DNA of 64,000 nucleotides from Octopus bimaculoides. Taxonomy: Eukaryota. The notes below the pieces were generated by a model. The model did no database searches. It had not been told where the DNA came from and saw only the letters and a list, made by a program, of their open reading frames with translations. The stretch is from the NCBI RefSeq assembly GCF_001194135.2, contig NC_068981.1, positions 153,784,528 to 153,848,527 of the forward strand, read 5' to 3'. The translations under genes and the position numbers were made by a program. Of the stretch, positions 1-13,343 are shown piece after piece (positions within the stretch are counted from its first letter, which is position 1; each line of letters opens with the position of its first letter).

Positions 1-149
1 CAAATAATAAGAATGGAATCAGTCCATCTATTGTTATAGATGGACTGCTAGTTATAAGGACCTTACAGAAAGTGGAATATATAGCAATTCAGTACAAAAG
101 CTAGGAATGCTTTAGGACTTTTGTGTTACTGTGAACATCAAGGATAGTA

Positions 150-790
150 ATTTATACTAAATTGCTTAGCTAATGAGATGTACAGGAAAATGTTATTCTT
201 AAACTAAAACTAAGTGTACCAGATGATGCACTAGAAAAGCAATCATGAAACAAAGATTATGAAATGTAAAAGTAGTAAAATTATGTTACTGATATTAGAG
301 CTGCAAGCAGTGTTTGAGATGAGATAAGTTCAAGGAATTGATATATCTAACATGAAGGAAAGGTTTCTCCCTCAGACAAAAGATAAATTAAATGTGAAAG
401 AAATGCGATGCTTATATAGCAGTGAAACGTGGAAGTAGAGACTCTAAAATAACCAAAGAGAAACAAAATAATTATTTTGTTGGGTGTGCTGCTAACTTAA
501 AAAGAAGGTTCAGCACAAAAACAAAAATTGAAAAGGCAAATGGATATCAAGCCCAAGCCTATGAGAAAGTTGAGTATACTATTGTTGTAAATGAATAAGA
601 TAAATGAATATTGAAAGCAGGATAAATAAAAGAAGAATGGCTTGGTAATAGGTAATCTTCAGTAAAAATAAAAATTAAAAGTAGAGAGGATAGTGGGCAA
701 AATAATCAGATCAAAACTGATAATATTGAAACATGGTCGAGATACATAAATGGATGTTGTATTCTGTCCATGCCAGTAAAGCAAAAATGT
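150..790 (+). mobile_element. Highly decayed RTE-type LINE fragment (C-terminal part of the RT ORF)
   Basis: Broken frames give RFLPQTKDKLNVKEMRCLYSSETWK, resembling the RTE motif K-x-x-LY...LYGSETW. Many stops; boundaries approximate. Confidence 0.45.
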
Positions 791-826
791 TAAAAAGATA
801 ATAGGGTTTGTTGTTCATGCACTTAC

Positions 827-933
827 ACTTAACAAATAGTTAAAAAATGCCAAAAAAATTGACAAACTGCCAACATTCTAGTAGCGTCAACTTCCCATTT
901 TGTCAGTAATGATTTATAAACTAAACGGTAGTG
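827..933 (-). other. Candidate internal exon (107 nt) of a minus-strand transcript
   Basis: Acceptor tttttattgttcag| and donor |gtaagt. Frame 0 reads HYRLVYKSLLTKWEVDATRMLAVCQFFWHFLTIC*, with the stop 2 nt before the donor. Confidence 0.4.
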
Positions 934-1222
934 CTGAACAATAAAAATGTCTATTTTCTACTCCTTAGCTTGCTAAAACAAATTTCAAACTTTAAACCAT
1001 CAAAATAATGAGTTCACCAGTTAATATTTGATTTTTTATAAAATGCACAACATTGAGTGTTCTTCGTGAAATGACAGAGACCAAAAGAAAGTAAACCGAA
1101 TAAAATATGCTACATAATGGTTAATTGCTGTTGTAAAAAAATCATGAATCTATATTTTACTAGGATAAAAGTCAACTTTCTTAAAGAACGTGTTGATCTT
1201 CATATAGTTCTAGAAATTTTGT

Positions 1223-1225
<3 letters not shown>

Positions 1226-1261
<36 letters not shown>

Positions 1262-1588
1262 NNNNNNNNNNNNNNNNNNNNNNNNNNNNNNNNNNNNNNN
1301 NNNNNNNNNNNNNNNNNNNNNNNNNNNNNNNNNNNNNNNNNNNNNNNNNNNNNNNNNNNNNNNNNNNNNNNNNNNNNNNNNNNNNNNNNNNNNNNNNNNN
1401 NNNNNNNNNNNNNNNNNNNNNNNNNNNNNNNNNNNNNNNNNNNNNNNNNNNNNNNNNNNNNNNNNNNNNNNNNNNNNNNNNNNNNNNNNNNNNNNNNNNN
1501 NNNNNNNNNNNNNNNNNNNNNNNNNNNNNNNNNNNNNNNNNNNNNNNNNNNNNNNNNNNNNNNNNNNNNNNNNNNNNNNNNNNNNNNN
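1226..1588. other. (TA)n microsatellite running into an assembly gap (N 1262-1588)
   Basis: Seen directly. Other gaps: 14454-14516, 30480-30631, 37863-37991, 49094-49296, 50364-50373. Confidence 0.97.
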
Positions 1589-1715
1589 TCATCCTCCCAC
1601 AATCATAATAGAACAGGAAGTGATAGGGCTTAAAATCACGATTTTCTATTCAATAAGCTGATATCTAATTCAATTTAATTAGCCATTGCAAATTCTTCCT
1701 TTTAATCAATAATTC

Positions 1716-1778
<63 letters not shown>

Positions 1779-1780
<2 letters not shown>

Positions 1781-1905
1781 GCCGTTGCCAGTACCGCCTG
1801 ACTGGCCTTCGTGCGGGTGACACATAAAAGCACCCACTACACTCTCTGAGTGGTTGGCGTTAGGAAGGGCATCCAGCTGTAGAAACTCTACCAAATCATG
1901 ATGAT
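1779..1905 (+). mobile_element. RTE-LINE 3'-end-type repeat, partial copy
   Basis: Core gtggttggcgttaggaagggcatccagctgtagaaactct followed by a (GAT)n tail; the same core recurs many times in the window. Confidence 0.85.
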
Positions 1906-3650
1906 GATATATATAAATTTACAAACCAGTTCAAGCTGAAAACAACCATCCCAAACAGCGAGCAAACTCACTCACAGCTACTGAAAACAGGAGTGACTTG
2001 GGAAAACTAATTATTAATTAAGTAAGCAGCAATATAAGCATTTATTTGGATATGAATTGATTCAGTCAAGTTTTAAAATTTATAAACATCCCATTTTGTC
2101 AAGATTACAAATAAAAAAAACATACACTAGCAAGAATTTATTGTATCTTTTCTTTAAAAAAAAAACATAATAGAAAAAAAAGACAAACACAAAAAAAAAC
2201 TAAGAATGCAAACATGAGTAAATGTCGACCTTCAAATGAGATTAAATACCATGTTGCTATATCTTGTTAACTAAACATTAGTTGCTTGTTCCTTGTGAGT
2301 GAAAAGTCTTCACATGTAATAATTTTGAAAATGACTCATTGCATTAACCCTTATACAATCTCCACCAAACTTTGTATGAGTCAATATTAAGCAGCACCTG
2401 CAGCATCAACCAGTAAATACTACACATACATCATAGCCTTGGACAATCTAACTGACGCTAGGTAAACTTCACTGTGAAATACATTGAAAAATATTAGGAA
2501 TATAATTTCCCAAAATAGTTTATGAGGACAATATTTTCAGGTTCAAAACAAAACAAAAATCTGTTTTTGTTATTGAACAGCAAAGAGACATTGGTTAACA
2601 GCTTCTCTATCACAAGCTAATGAAGAACCACACAGGTGCAGTTGCTTACCCTGTTAGAAACAGCAGCTAAATTTCCCTACAATCACATTGTCTTAAATAA
2701 GTGAAGGACACCTTAGATCATGCAGTGCAGTATACCCTAAAAAGAAGATGGGAATGGTTGTGATTGAAATGCTTATTGTGATCATAGGTTAGCTTGGTCA
2801 AGGCTGATTTGTACTAAAACATAACACCCTATCTATTGCCAGTAAATAATACTGTTCTTCTGGATTAGATCTCTCTTATTAAGAAGGTATAATAAAATCA
2901 AAGGATAACTAAAATTAGAATATGAAAAAAAATATAGCAATGTAAGACCTTCTAAACAGAGTAAGATTTGTTAATACATAGAATAAAACACAGAATATCA
3001 GAAAGGGAAATCAATGGAGCAAAACTAGTTTTTCTAACACAATATTGATCGATTTGCTAGATAATGCTAAACAGCTGTTTCTCTCTGAAATGAGAGGAAA
3101 ATTCCAAATTCTAAAATAAATTCACAATAAAATACATTTTCCTGACATAGAATCATACAGAAAATAACTGAAAGTTGGAAATATTATATTCACTCAACAA
3201 ACCACTGCCTATAAATGATTCATTTAAGCAGAAAAAAGGCTTCTGAGAGACACACCCAATTGAAATAAACCAAAACACATTTCAATCTTTATTTGCAATT
3301 TTGCTTTAGTTAAATGGTTATGCATCATTCCATTTTTTAGTGTTTAAAATGAAATTAGCGTTCAGGTTATATTAGCAACAACAATTTTTTTTTTTTTTTT
3401 TAAACTGATGAACTTCAGAATTTCTCTCAATTGTAGACTCATCCCTAGTTTATTAAAACATTTACATTTCATCTAAAAGGAGTTATTTCCCCCACCCTCT
3501 TTCTATTTATTTTACGTTTCCCACACTGAAGCAAAAATTCAGACATTCCTATAATTGATTGGAAAAAAGAATTTTCTGCTTTTCTGAACACCAATCAATA
3601 TGACCCAAGAACAAGGAAATCCAGTTGACTGATTAACAAGTCAATCACTG

Positions 3651-3685
<35 letters not shown>

Positions 3686-4304
3686 TTTTGTTATGAAATT
3701 AATAAAGTATACTGCTACATGAGAATGTCATCGATAATGTTCATTAAATCTGTTTTAACTGGAGTGCAACCATATTGGGGGACCACCTTGAGTTTTAACA
3801 AAACAAATCAACCCCAGTACTTATTATATCAGTCCCTTTTGACAAACTGCTAAGCTACAAGAACACAAATAAACCAACACTAGTTGTCCAGCAATGCAGG
3901 AGAACAAACACAAAAACACACAAACACACACATTCTTTCTCGGAATTTGTTCTTAACCTACATAATCAACATTTTCTATTGAAAAAGGGTTTTTCAACCC
4001 AATGTTTACATGCTATTATTAATAACTTAATATGTATTTCAAGAACCAATTCCAAGAAAGAATTATTCCATGTTCTCTCAGAAGTTTATAAATTCTTATG
4101 ATATCAACAACACACACATACACACACAAAATGGGTTTCCACACAATTTCTGTCAACCAAATTCACTCACAAGGCATTGGTTGACACAGGGCTACAGCAG
4201 GAGACACTTGCTCAAGGTGCTGTGCAATGGGCCTGAACTTGAAACTATGTGGTTGCAAAACAAGCTTGTTAACCACACAGCCATTCCCATGTCTATCATC
4301 ATTC

Positions 4305-4470
4305 ATTTAGCATCCATTTTCCATGTTGGCATGCATCAGATGGTTTGACTGGAGCTGGTTTGTACAGCCAGATGCCCTTCCTAAAACCAACCACACCACA
4401 ACGTACTGGGTGCCTTTCACATGTCACCAGCACAGGTGCCTTTCATGTGTCACTGACACTGGCCATACAT
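4305..4470 (-). mobile_element. Degenerate RTE-3'-end-type repeat
   Basis: Reverse complement of the family core (catcatcattcattt...ccatgttggcatg...gccagatgcccttcctaaaacc). Confidence 0.7.
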
Positions 4471-5871
4471 ATTTCAAAATAAAAAAGAAAAAAAAAAGAA
4501 TAAACTGATATAAGAAAAAGAAAAAAACTCAGCATGAATGAGTTTCATATATTTAAGTCTCATAATTTAAAATCAGAGACAATATGCCAACCCCTGATTC
4601 AACAAGCTATTGCAGAATGCTGAAACAAACCAAAGAAATTTTTTAATATTTTACGAATGTGATGTTGTTGATGCTACCTTTATTACCATTAAAAGGGTCA
4701 ATTGTATTCTGTTTTATCAACTTTCAGTTACAAGAAAAATTGGCAGTCTAATTGAATATTGGAAGTCAATTATCCAATAAGAACCACCAGAAGCAAGATT
4801 TTCTCTTTTCTTTAAAATGATAGCAAATCGATAAGAAGATACATTTGTAATCCTTTCATGTGTAAAGTGAATCTTAGGAGGCAATTAGAAATTAGAGACA
4901 TCAAATATGCTTTGTGACACAATAGACATGTGGGCATTAGATCAGATCATTATCATCATCATCATAAGCAGCACTATGACAACTGTACACATTCTAACTA
5001 AATAAAAATCATTTATTCCCTTCAGGGCTCTCCCTAATTGAGGTTGAATCATGTACATTAAACTCGGAGAAGGTAACACCAATATGTTTGGGGGTGGAAG
5101 GGAACAGAGTATATGATGCCAACCATTTCAGCATTTGAGGAGGATGAAAAATATACATAAATAAGAAAATACATGGCAACCAGATTGAGAGAAACAGAAT
5201 TTATTTAAACCTATCTAACAGTGATAAAGGTAATGGAGGAAGAGGGAGAGAGAGAGAGGGGGGGGACAACGTTAGTATGATCACAAGACCAAAGAGTATA
5301 TCATTTTCCTTTCATTTCATCATAGCTTAGTAATGCCCATGTATTGACAGAAATTCCAAATATATATATATAGATAGATAGGTAGGTATAGATACACACA
5401 GAGATGCAGCCATGCATAAGACATGTGCAAAAATAACACCACCCACTAATGTGGAGACTATACATACACACACACATACACCTACAAGTATATATAATTT
5501 ATTTGCTCCCTTTTATTACCAAGGTGTTTTATTTTCCTCTGCTAGCATAGGATGGATGGGTAAGCTATTCCATTCATAAACCTTTATTTATTTATCATTC
5601 ATTTATTTTGCAAGGAAAGGACGTTTTATACCACTACTTTAACAGCACAGATCTAGAGGAAATAAGGTTCACTTGAAGTTAAACATGACAACATAGGTGT
5701 TGTTTTTCTTTTTTTGTGGGGGTGTTTTGTTTTGTTGAGATACTATTACATGAGAAGTAAAAATATCAACTTTTATGCATGTACCCACATAGATATATGC
5801 ATACAACATTACATATAAATTACATACACACACACAAATGTAGCTATATGGAAACTAATGTACTAAATCAC

Positions 5872-6230
5872 ATCATCGTCATCTAATGTTTTCCATGCTG
5901 GGTAGTTCAACAGGAGCTGGTGAGCCAGGAGTGCACCAAGCTCCAATGTCTGCTTTGACATGGTTTCTACAGCTAGATGCCTTCCCTAATCCTAATTACT
6001 TTACAGGGTGCTTTTTATGTGTACTGGCACTAGAGATATTACCAAGTAACTTACAAGGCAAGACCTCCTCAACTGAGAAAAGGGAGCAGTATTGAAGGAG
6101 GTGGCTTTAAACCAGATGATGAGAGGTTAAGAATGATAGAGGGTGGCAGGGAAAGGTGTTTTACTGTAGGGGAAATAAATGGTTACCTCAACTGGAAGAG
6201 GAGGAGGACGGTGGTGGTGAAGGTGTTTCA
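5872..6230 (-). mobile_element. Degenerate RTE-3'-end-related repeat with purine-rich extension
   Basis: catcatcatcgtcatctaatgttttccatgctgggtag...cagctagatgccttccctaat matches the family in reverse. Confidence 0.65.
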
Positions 6231-7557
6231 GGGCATACCCCTCAAGTTACAGAAAGACAAATAAAGAGAAGTGGTGTGGGCAGATAAGTTTGTGGGAGAA
6301 TGAAAGGTAAGTAGTGGTAGACCAACACACATATTTGTAATTTTTAACAGTTCACTAATTAACTCATTAACAATAAAAAAAAACAGAACTAATCTTATAT
6401 AAACTAGCATGAATTCAAGTAAAGTTTCTTGAGTGGTTATGAAAATCAACAATGGATAAACTGAAATGTAAAAGAGAAGAATTTCTGGAGGAGAACCCAC
6501 ACAACACTGACCAGAATTAAATTCCCTATAGAGTTTCTTAGACATACTTCATTGCAAAAAATTTCCCTGTCCAGTTTTGGTTATAACCATAGTTATATAG
6601 ATATCATCAAATGTATGTAGATGGATGGATAACTGGACTTGGAATCCCTCGAAATAGAAACTAATATTTATTAAGATAGGTCAGTATTTTACTTAATGTT
6701 GTTATAAGTATAAATCTGTAAATTTTTCCAAGACTGCACACTAAGTAATGGAGAAAATGTCTGGATTCACTGAATACAAAAGAATGTTGCAATAGACTAG
6801 GACTTGTCTTTTGATCTAGTTTTCAAATCGCTATCATTCCTACCACTCTCCTCCTCCTCTCTGTATCTCTCTCGATGTATGTCTCTCATTCTCTATTCCA
6901 CTGTGCGAAGGAGAGAAAAAAGACTAAAGAGAGACTGAAAGAGAAAGAAAACAGGGCTTGACATGACACAAATGTACCACTTTCCCCATCACCAACGTTC
7001 TCTATTTCTATCTATTCCACTCATCAAGAGAGACAGCAAGAGAAAAAGATTGATATGACTAATCCATTTCAACTGTCTTTCTATAGCTCCTTCCATGACA
7101 AACACTAGGGTGTAACTTGAGGGAGATTTAACAACTTTTTCAAAAAATAAGTATTACACAAATCTTCCCAGAGAGGTGACAATAATATATATGATTTTAT
7201 CAGAGTTCCTCTTAAAGTTTCTGAATACAAGACATGGATATGGCCTCTGTGTGCACATGCAATTATGTTTCAGTTGAATATGTGTCCCCTTGTCTTGACA
7301 TCATGAGCCTCATCAACTATATAGATGTTATTGTTTCAAATCTACCATGAATGACATGTGGCCTACAGAAAATATTTACTTAGAAACTGGTTAGGGTTGG
7401 TAACATGAAGGGCATTCAGCTGTAGAAATTCTACCTCAATGAATTCTGACCCATGCCAGCATGGATAAGTGAACATTAAAATGATGATATATATACATAT
7501 TATATATATTATAAGAGTTTTTTTTTGTTTTTGTTTTTTTACATGAAATTCCCTTAC

Positions 7558-7643
7558 CTTTCAGAGCAGAAAGATTCAGCACCTCCTTTGGTCACATGAC
7601 TACATGGAGACTTTCTATCATGATCAACACTGTAGTTTTTAAT
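7558..7643 (-). other. Candidate internal exon (86 nt) with one open frame
   Basis: Strong acceptor ttttttcttccag| and donor aag|gtaagg. Frame 0 is open (IKNYSVDHDRKSPCSHVTKGGAESFCSE); the other two frames are stopped. Confidence 0.5.
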
Positions 7644-7801
7644 CTGGAAGAAAAAACATTTAACTAATTAAAATATAATACACAAAGTAGATGAACTTTC
7701 AGCTAATCTCTTCATCACTAATGTGTTTTTGATGTTTTTTTATAACGGACACTTCATTACAATACCAACACCATATTGCAACAATTATTCACATATATAT
7801 A

Positions 7802-7803
<2 letters not shown>

Positions 7804-7897
<94 letters not shown>
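7804..7897. repeat. (TG)n microsatellite
   Basis: Perfect dinucleotide run; explains the VCVCVC/HTHT ORFs. Confidence 0.98.
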
Positions 7898-7899
<2 letters not shown>

Positions 7900-8022
7900 A
7901 CATGCGCTTTGTTTTTCTTTTTGTATTGGCATCATTGTTTTTTGAGTTGGCTGGTACCACTTATTGGTACTATCTTAAATACTATGTAACAAAACATATC
8001 TGAAAAGAAATTCTGATTTTAC

Positions 8023-8087
8023 CTTTCAAAATCTAGTTCCGAAGGATCTAGAAAAGCTCATAGGCACAGCCTGGCTCACTGACTAAA
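8023..8087 (-). other. Candidate non-coding exon (65 nt)
   Basis: Acceptor aattttattgcag| and donor aag|gtaaaa; stops in all three frames. Confidence 0.3.
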
Positions 8088-8851
8088 CTGCAATAAAATT
8101 CAAACCCTGCAGTTAAATGGAAGATTAGGGAACAAAAAGATGCCACTGCCAGGAATGTGATATAAACCAATCTAAAGCCCACCTTCAGCAATACAGTAAT
8201 ATTCCAGTCAATAATATTGCTTATACATAGTCGCTCATCATGCAGAAATAGTAGCTAAATATCTCTCCAATTACACCCGACTGTCATAAAAAAAAAAAGG
8301 ACAGATTGAATTAATAGTCCTCACTACATTATGCTTTGGAGGAGAAAAAAAAAAGACAGGTTGGTCACAGCTAGAATGCTTCCACTGGCAGCCTATTCAG
8401 TCAGGGCAAATCTGAAGTAGCAACAAGACACACTAATAAAAATAACTATTAGCTCATACCATTCTTCTCACCACATTAATATCAATTAATTCTTCACTCC
8501 ACAGACAATTTGAAATGAGAAAGAAAATTACCTGCTCAACTGACTAAACAACAAACAGTTTAGTAGCTTAAAGTTGTGAATTTGAATTTTGTCAAAATTA
8601 CCTTTGCTTTTCATACAACTGAATGAAGAAAATAACATACTCGCATAACTTGTCAAAAAAAAAATAATAAAGTCTACCTACAATGCCAAGTATTTGGGCT
8701 ACTTTCAAGCATTTAATTGGCTACTTTTTGTGACAAGTCTGCTCAACCAGAATTCAATAGCAATGTAGGCAAAATTAATTCAAATTTGGATAAAATATTT
8801 TTACATTTAAGTACCTTTGTGAAATCACATCCATATACACACATACAGCAT

Positions 8852-9106
8852 TGTTGGCACTCCCTTAATGTAGATCTCAGGGATATTCAGCGTGACAAGG
8901 CTGGCCCTTTGAATTCCAGGCACAACAGAAACAGGAAGTAAGAGTGAGAGAAAGTTATGGTGAAAGAGTACAGTAGGGTTCGCCAGCATCCCCTGCTGGA
9001 GCCTCGTGGAGCTTTAGGTGTTTTCGCTCAATAAACACTCACAACGCCCGGCCTGGGAATCGAAACCGCGAGTTCGCTACCATAAGCACTGGGCCATTGC
9101 GCCTCC
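8852..9106 (-). mobile_element. tRNA-derived SINE (same family as 25365-25752), internally deleted
   Basis: Reverse complement of the head (ggaggcgcaatggcccagtg) and of the tail (ggagtgccaacaa); 15-bp TSD acacacatacagcat at 8837-8851 and 9107-9121. Confidence 0.9.
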
Positions 9107-9542
9107 ACACACATACAGCATACATAAGACATAAGCATCAATCCGAGATTTTAAAAAAAAGTCTCAGGGCTTAATTTATTATTATATTCTTGGGGGTGAT
9201 TATTTTGGCAAATATGCAATAGAAGTGGGATAGTTGGCTATGTTAATCAATAATAGAATAGCCTGTTTTGCCAGGGCTCAGTAGCTGATGAATTACCTGT
9301 GAAACAAGCAATATACTTCTTGCAGTAGAAATTTTAGTTAACTGCTAGAATATATAATAGTCCTTAAAATGTAGCATGAAGGAGCAGCAAGTAATTTGTA
9401 GTCTAATGACTAATATGGTTACTTTGTAATAGATATGCTATTCCAATCCTATTAGTATAGATATTGTTTTTTTTTTAAGTTTCAAACTATAGTAGTGTCT
9501 TGTATTATAATATTAAATTTCCTAGCCATTAATTTAGGATTG

Positions 9543-9545
<3 letters not shown>

Positions 9546-9622
<77 letters not shown>
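9546..9622. repeat. (TA)n microsatellite
   Basis: Seen directly. Confidence 0.97.
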
Positions 9623-9626
<4 letters not shown>

Positions 9627-9855
9627 CATATATTATATATCTTTTACTTGTTTCAGCCATTAGATTGCAGCAATACTGGGGCACCACCTTGAAGAATTTT
9701 AGTCAAACAAATTGACCCCAGTACTTATATTTTCTTTTGTGAAGCCTGGTACATATTTTATTGATCTCTTTGCTGAACAACTGAGTTACAGGAACATAAA
9801 CACACCAATATCGGTTGGCAGGGGACAAACACATACACAAAGGCATGTATATATA

Positions 9856-10620
9856 TTGGGTCATCCCATAAAGAATGCGGTTTTTTTTATACTAATTGTA
9901 TTTTTCAAAATTAGGATAAAGTTCCCTTTTTTTTTAATCTAAAATATACTCTCCATTTTCAACAATGCTCTTCCATTTATCTGGTACATTAGCAAGGCCT
10001 CTCTTCCAAAATTCACTTATTTGTGACAAAAAATACTCCTCCAGGACTGTTCTGACCTCGTCTGCAGAATTCATATTGTTTCTGTCAAAATAATTTTGAA
10101 GACTGCAGAATAAATGATAATCAGATAGGGCAATGTCCCGCAAATATAGTGGGTGGAGCATTGTTTCCCATATAAACTGTTCCAGCCTTTGAAATGTTAT
10201 CCTCGCGGTATGTGACCAAGCATTATCCTGCTGGAAGAACACCTTTTGCCTTGAAACCACAGATGGTAATTTTTCTTCTAGCACTGACTTGAAGTGCTCA
10301 AGCTACATGCAGTAGAACTTTGTTATCATTTGGTTTGAGTTTAAAAGTTCAAAGTGAACTAAACCTTTCATATCCCACCAAACAGGTAACACTTACATGG
10401 GTGAAGACCTTCTTTAACCTGGGGTGCCAGTGTTACTCCTTTCCCTATTCACTGTCTTTAGCACTTGACATTTTTATAGAGAACCCATTTCTCGTCACCA
10501 GTCACTATTCATTCCAAAAAAGGCTCGTTCATGAAACATGTTCCAGTCTACACAAACTTTACCATAAATTTAGCTATTCTCAGTACCAAGTTCCTCTATC
10601 ATCAAATGCTCTATTGTTAT
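9856..10620 (-). mobile_element. Mariner transposase remnant (catalytic domain and C-terminus) with TA-flanked 3' terminus
   Basis: Minus strand gives NEPFLE*IVTGDEKWVLY, GLHP, WWDMKG, FQQDNAWSHTA, WETMLHPLYLRDIALSDYHLF and KWKSIVENGEYI, which are D,D34D mariner motifs with stops and frameshifts. End: TA|ttgggtcatcccataa. Confidence 0.92.
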
Positions 10621-10633
10621 TTTTAAACTTCAT

Positions 10634-10860
10634 TTAACCCAATAGCAATATAGTTTATTCTGTCAAATGTAATGCTTATTTATACACATTGTGTTGAATT
10701 AGTCAAGCATTATCTCACAGCTCCAAAATTTCAATGATGTGATAGTATTTTTTTAGAATAACATCATAGGATAGGTGAAAGAGGCTGGATCTGGCTGGTT
10801 TGAACATAAAACACGTAGATTATTTGGCCCAGATACAGCTGGTTTAAATGCTAAACGGAT
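10634..10860. mobile_element. piggyBac-like MITE copy (decayed)
   Basis: Same ~220-bp body as 27571-27798; ttaaccc start and aaatgctaaacgg end. Confidence 0.75.
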
Positions 10861-11966
10861 AGAATAATAACCACAACTTAATGTGTGGTTGTAGTGGCAA
10901 AATATTCAAACAGTCAGGATACTTCCATTTTATGAAAAATTTGCACAGTATCTTGTAATAGCTTCCAGTTACCAAATACTGAATCATTTTACACACCATA
11001 CTTAAACCATGTGCGTGCATGTGCACACATGCAGTGTAGTATAAGGACAATGCTAGACAAAAGGAGCTGTAAGATAATACACTGCAAGTGTTTACAAATA
11101 TATAAAATAACCCAGTAAAAATCTGTGAAGATATAAAGGACAAATTTAAATTATAATTTCAAATTAATCTTTTTATTTCATAAAATAATTACTATAAGTT
11201 TGGAGTATGTCTACACACTGCATGTACCATGCTTTCAACACTGTCTGCTGGGGGAGGGGTTAAATAGTATTTATATAACTAGAAACATCTGTAAAAACTG
11301 AGCATGGAAAATATGTTTGTATATAACATTATAATCAAAACTCAAAGCCTTCCACTTTATCCTCACTCGCTTTTCTTTTATTAGACATATTTAAAAATGT
11401 TATATTTGAAAATATACTGCTGCAGCCCACATTATTTTCACTAAAAGCAAATAGAACTCCCCATTGCTTTCCATGTACCTGAACACCCCAGATAAGATCA
11501 ATATCTTTTAAAGGAAAAGAATATCAAACAAATTGTATCTAATATATATATTATGGTTATTATTATTTAATATCAAATAGGTTAATTTGAAAATTCATTC
11601 CATAAGTTTTCATATGTGTGTTTGTGTGTGCATGCACGTATGTGGGAGGTTTGCGTCCATTGTCATGACATCATGTAATAATTATGAGTATATATTTCAC
11701 GCATGTGGTATCCATTATCAATCTTACATGCAAACATGGCTGGTTATGGGGAAATATCATCTTGCTTGGAAACAGGCAAGAGTTGGTGACAGGAAGGGCA
11801 TCTGACCATACAAAGTCTGCCTCAACAAATTAAATTCTATCTAACCCATGCAAGCATCGAAAAATGAATATTAAAATTATGTTTTCATTAAAGACAAAAG
11901 CAAAAACAAACATGCATACAAATGATACAACTCCTCACTTCTGCAAAAAGGCTCAGCCATATACAG

Positions 11967-12209
11967 CAGCGGTTCTCAACCAGGGTCTAAGCAAGATTTT
12001 GTTGGCAAAATTTAAGTGCAATTAATTGCTTATACTTCTGCAATACACAAAATATCTTAATTTGTTTTTTATACAATTCCTAATAATACTTAATTATAAA
12101 AATACAATAGGATTTTCTTTTATATATACATCAAATAATTAGGGGGGTCCCATAGGGTAAAATAGGAATCAAAGGGGTTCATTGACAAAAAAATAGTTGA
12201 GAACCACTG
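11967..12209. mobile_element. hAT/Charlie-type MITE
   Basis: TIRs cagcggttctcaac and gttgagaaccactg (13/14 match) bound a 243-bp AT-rich body; the 8-bp TSD is not preserved. Confidence 0.75.
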
Positions 12210-12419
12210 ATAGAGTCTAGGAACTTCATATCAAAACTTCATTGCCTCCATGAAAAGACCTTGAAAATATCATCTAATGAGACTATAAAATCTTGTCACT
12301 TTCAGCAGTTCTAAAACACAATCACTTGCTAAAATAGTCTTAAACAATATCTAAGTAATGTAAGTAAACCCTCTAAGTTGTTAGAGATGCTAAATGAAAT
12401 CAATTTATGATGACATTAC

Positions 12420-12790
12420 CTTGTGATCCCTTCAAAAAACATAGCTAAAATTGTACCCAAAAAGGTGAGTTTTCTGCCAGTCAGTGACTCTTACAAAACC
12501 CAAGTGAAACATACAATGGAATATTGCTCCATTTTGGACAGTGCTGCTGCCTGCTACACATGTACAATTCACAGACACACACACCCTAGACCACATCCAA
12601 AAGAAGCTCTTCTCCTCATAATTAGCTCATAGATACACCCATCTTTTTCTTGTCACTCCTGCAGTATTTTGTCCCACTTAGGTACCATACAAACTGCAAT
12701 GTCTAATCTTTCATCTCCTGAGCATCAAACATTCAGAATTCCCTCCTTGGCCATATTTTACCTGCTGAGATTAACTTACAAATGTTCAAA
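12420..12790 (+). mobile_element. CR1/L2-type LINE 3' ORF remnant
   Basis: YKTQVKHTMEYCSILDSAAA resembles the CR1-clade motif YKxxVRPxLEYCSxxW. Confidence 0.6.
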
Positions 12791-13284
12791 TTAAACATCA
12801 ATCATATTCATCTCAGCAAGTCTTGGAGAACCTGCAATGGTCATGAGCATTGTCCCCTGTTCAGAGCATCAAATGAAATGTGTTGCAATATATATTTTAG
12901 ATGTTTGAGTTCAATGTTCAACTTCCACTGAGATGAATTTTGCCTTTTGTCTTTCCAAGGGCCAGTAAAAAAAATACCATTTTACTGTTGCAGCTCTCTC
13001 AACCACCAACTGTCACATCCTGGATGTTCTGCTGTGTCAAGGGTTGAGGACTGAGAAGTGTCTATGTCTATTTGTGGCTTCATGGGTACATAAAACATTT
13101 AGTGAAACCCTGGTATATGCTACCAAGTCACCCTCAGTTCTGAGTGATGGTTGTACTTTATATAATTTTTATCTAGAACTGCATGATGTTACAAAACTTG
13201 CTGCAGCACTCCATCACATTCTCCATCTATCAAATATCCATAACGTTTCAAGAAGAGAAAGCTTTGCTGACAAGCTAGTCATAC

Positions 13285-13343
13285 ATAATATTCATGTGAA
13301 TACTGTTAATTGCCAGAGCATAAAGAGGATGCTGTGTAGTAAT
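13285..13343 (-). other. Candidate exon (59 nt)
   Basis: Strong acceptor ctgttttatgtctgtctctccctctag|; only a moderate donor (tat|gtatga). Confidence 0.25.

Noticed and set aside
1117-1608. ORF-track entries over microsatellites and N-runs (also 7723-8003, 14338-14721, 37645-38075, 49016-49354)
   Set aside because: They are artefacts of TA/TG/CT repeats and undefined bases, which cannot contain stops.
9280-9325. ctgatga...gaaac resembling a fourth hammerhead
   Set aside because: It has no credible stem II, stem III is mismatched and stem I pairs only partly; ctgatga at about 3405 and 42975 also lacks a correctly placed GAAA.
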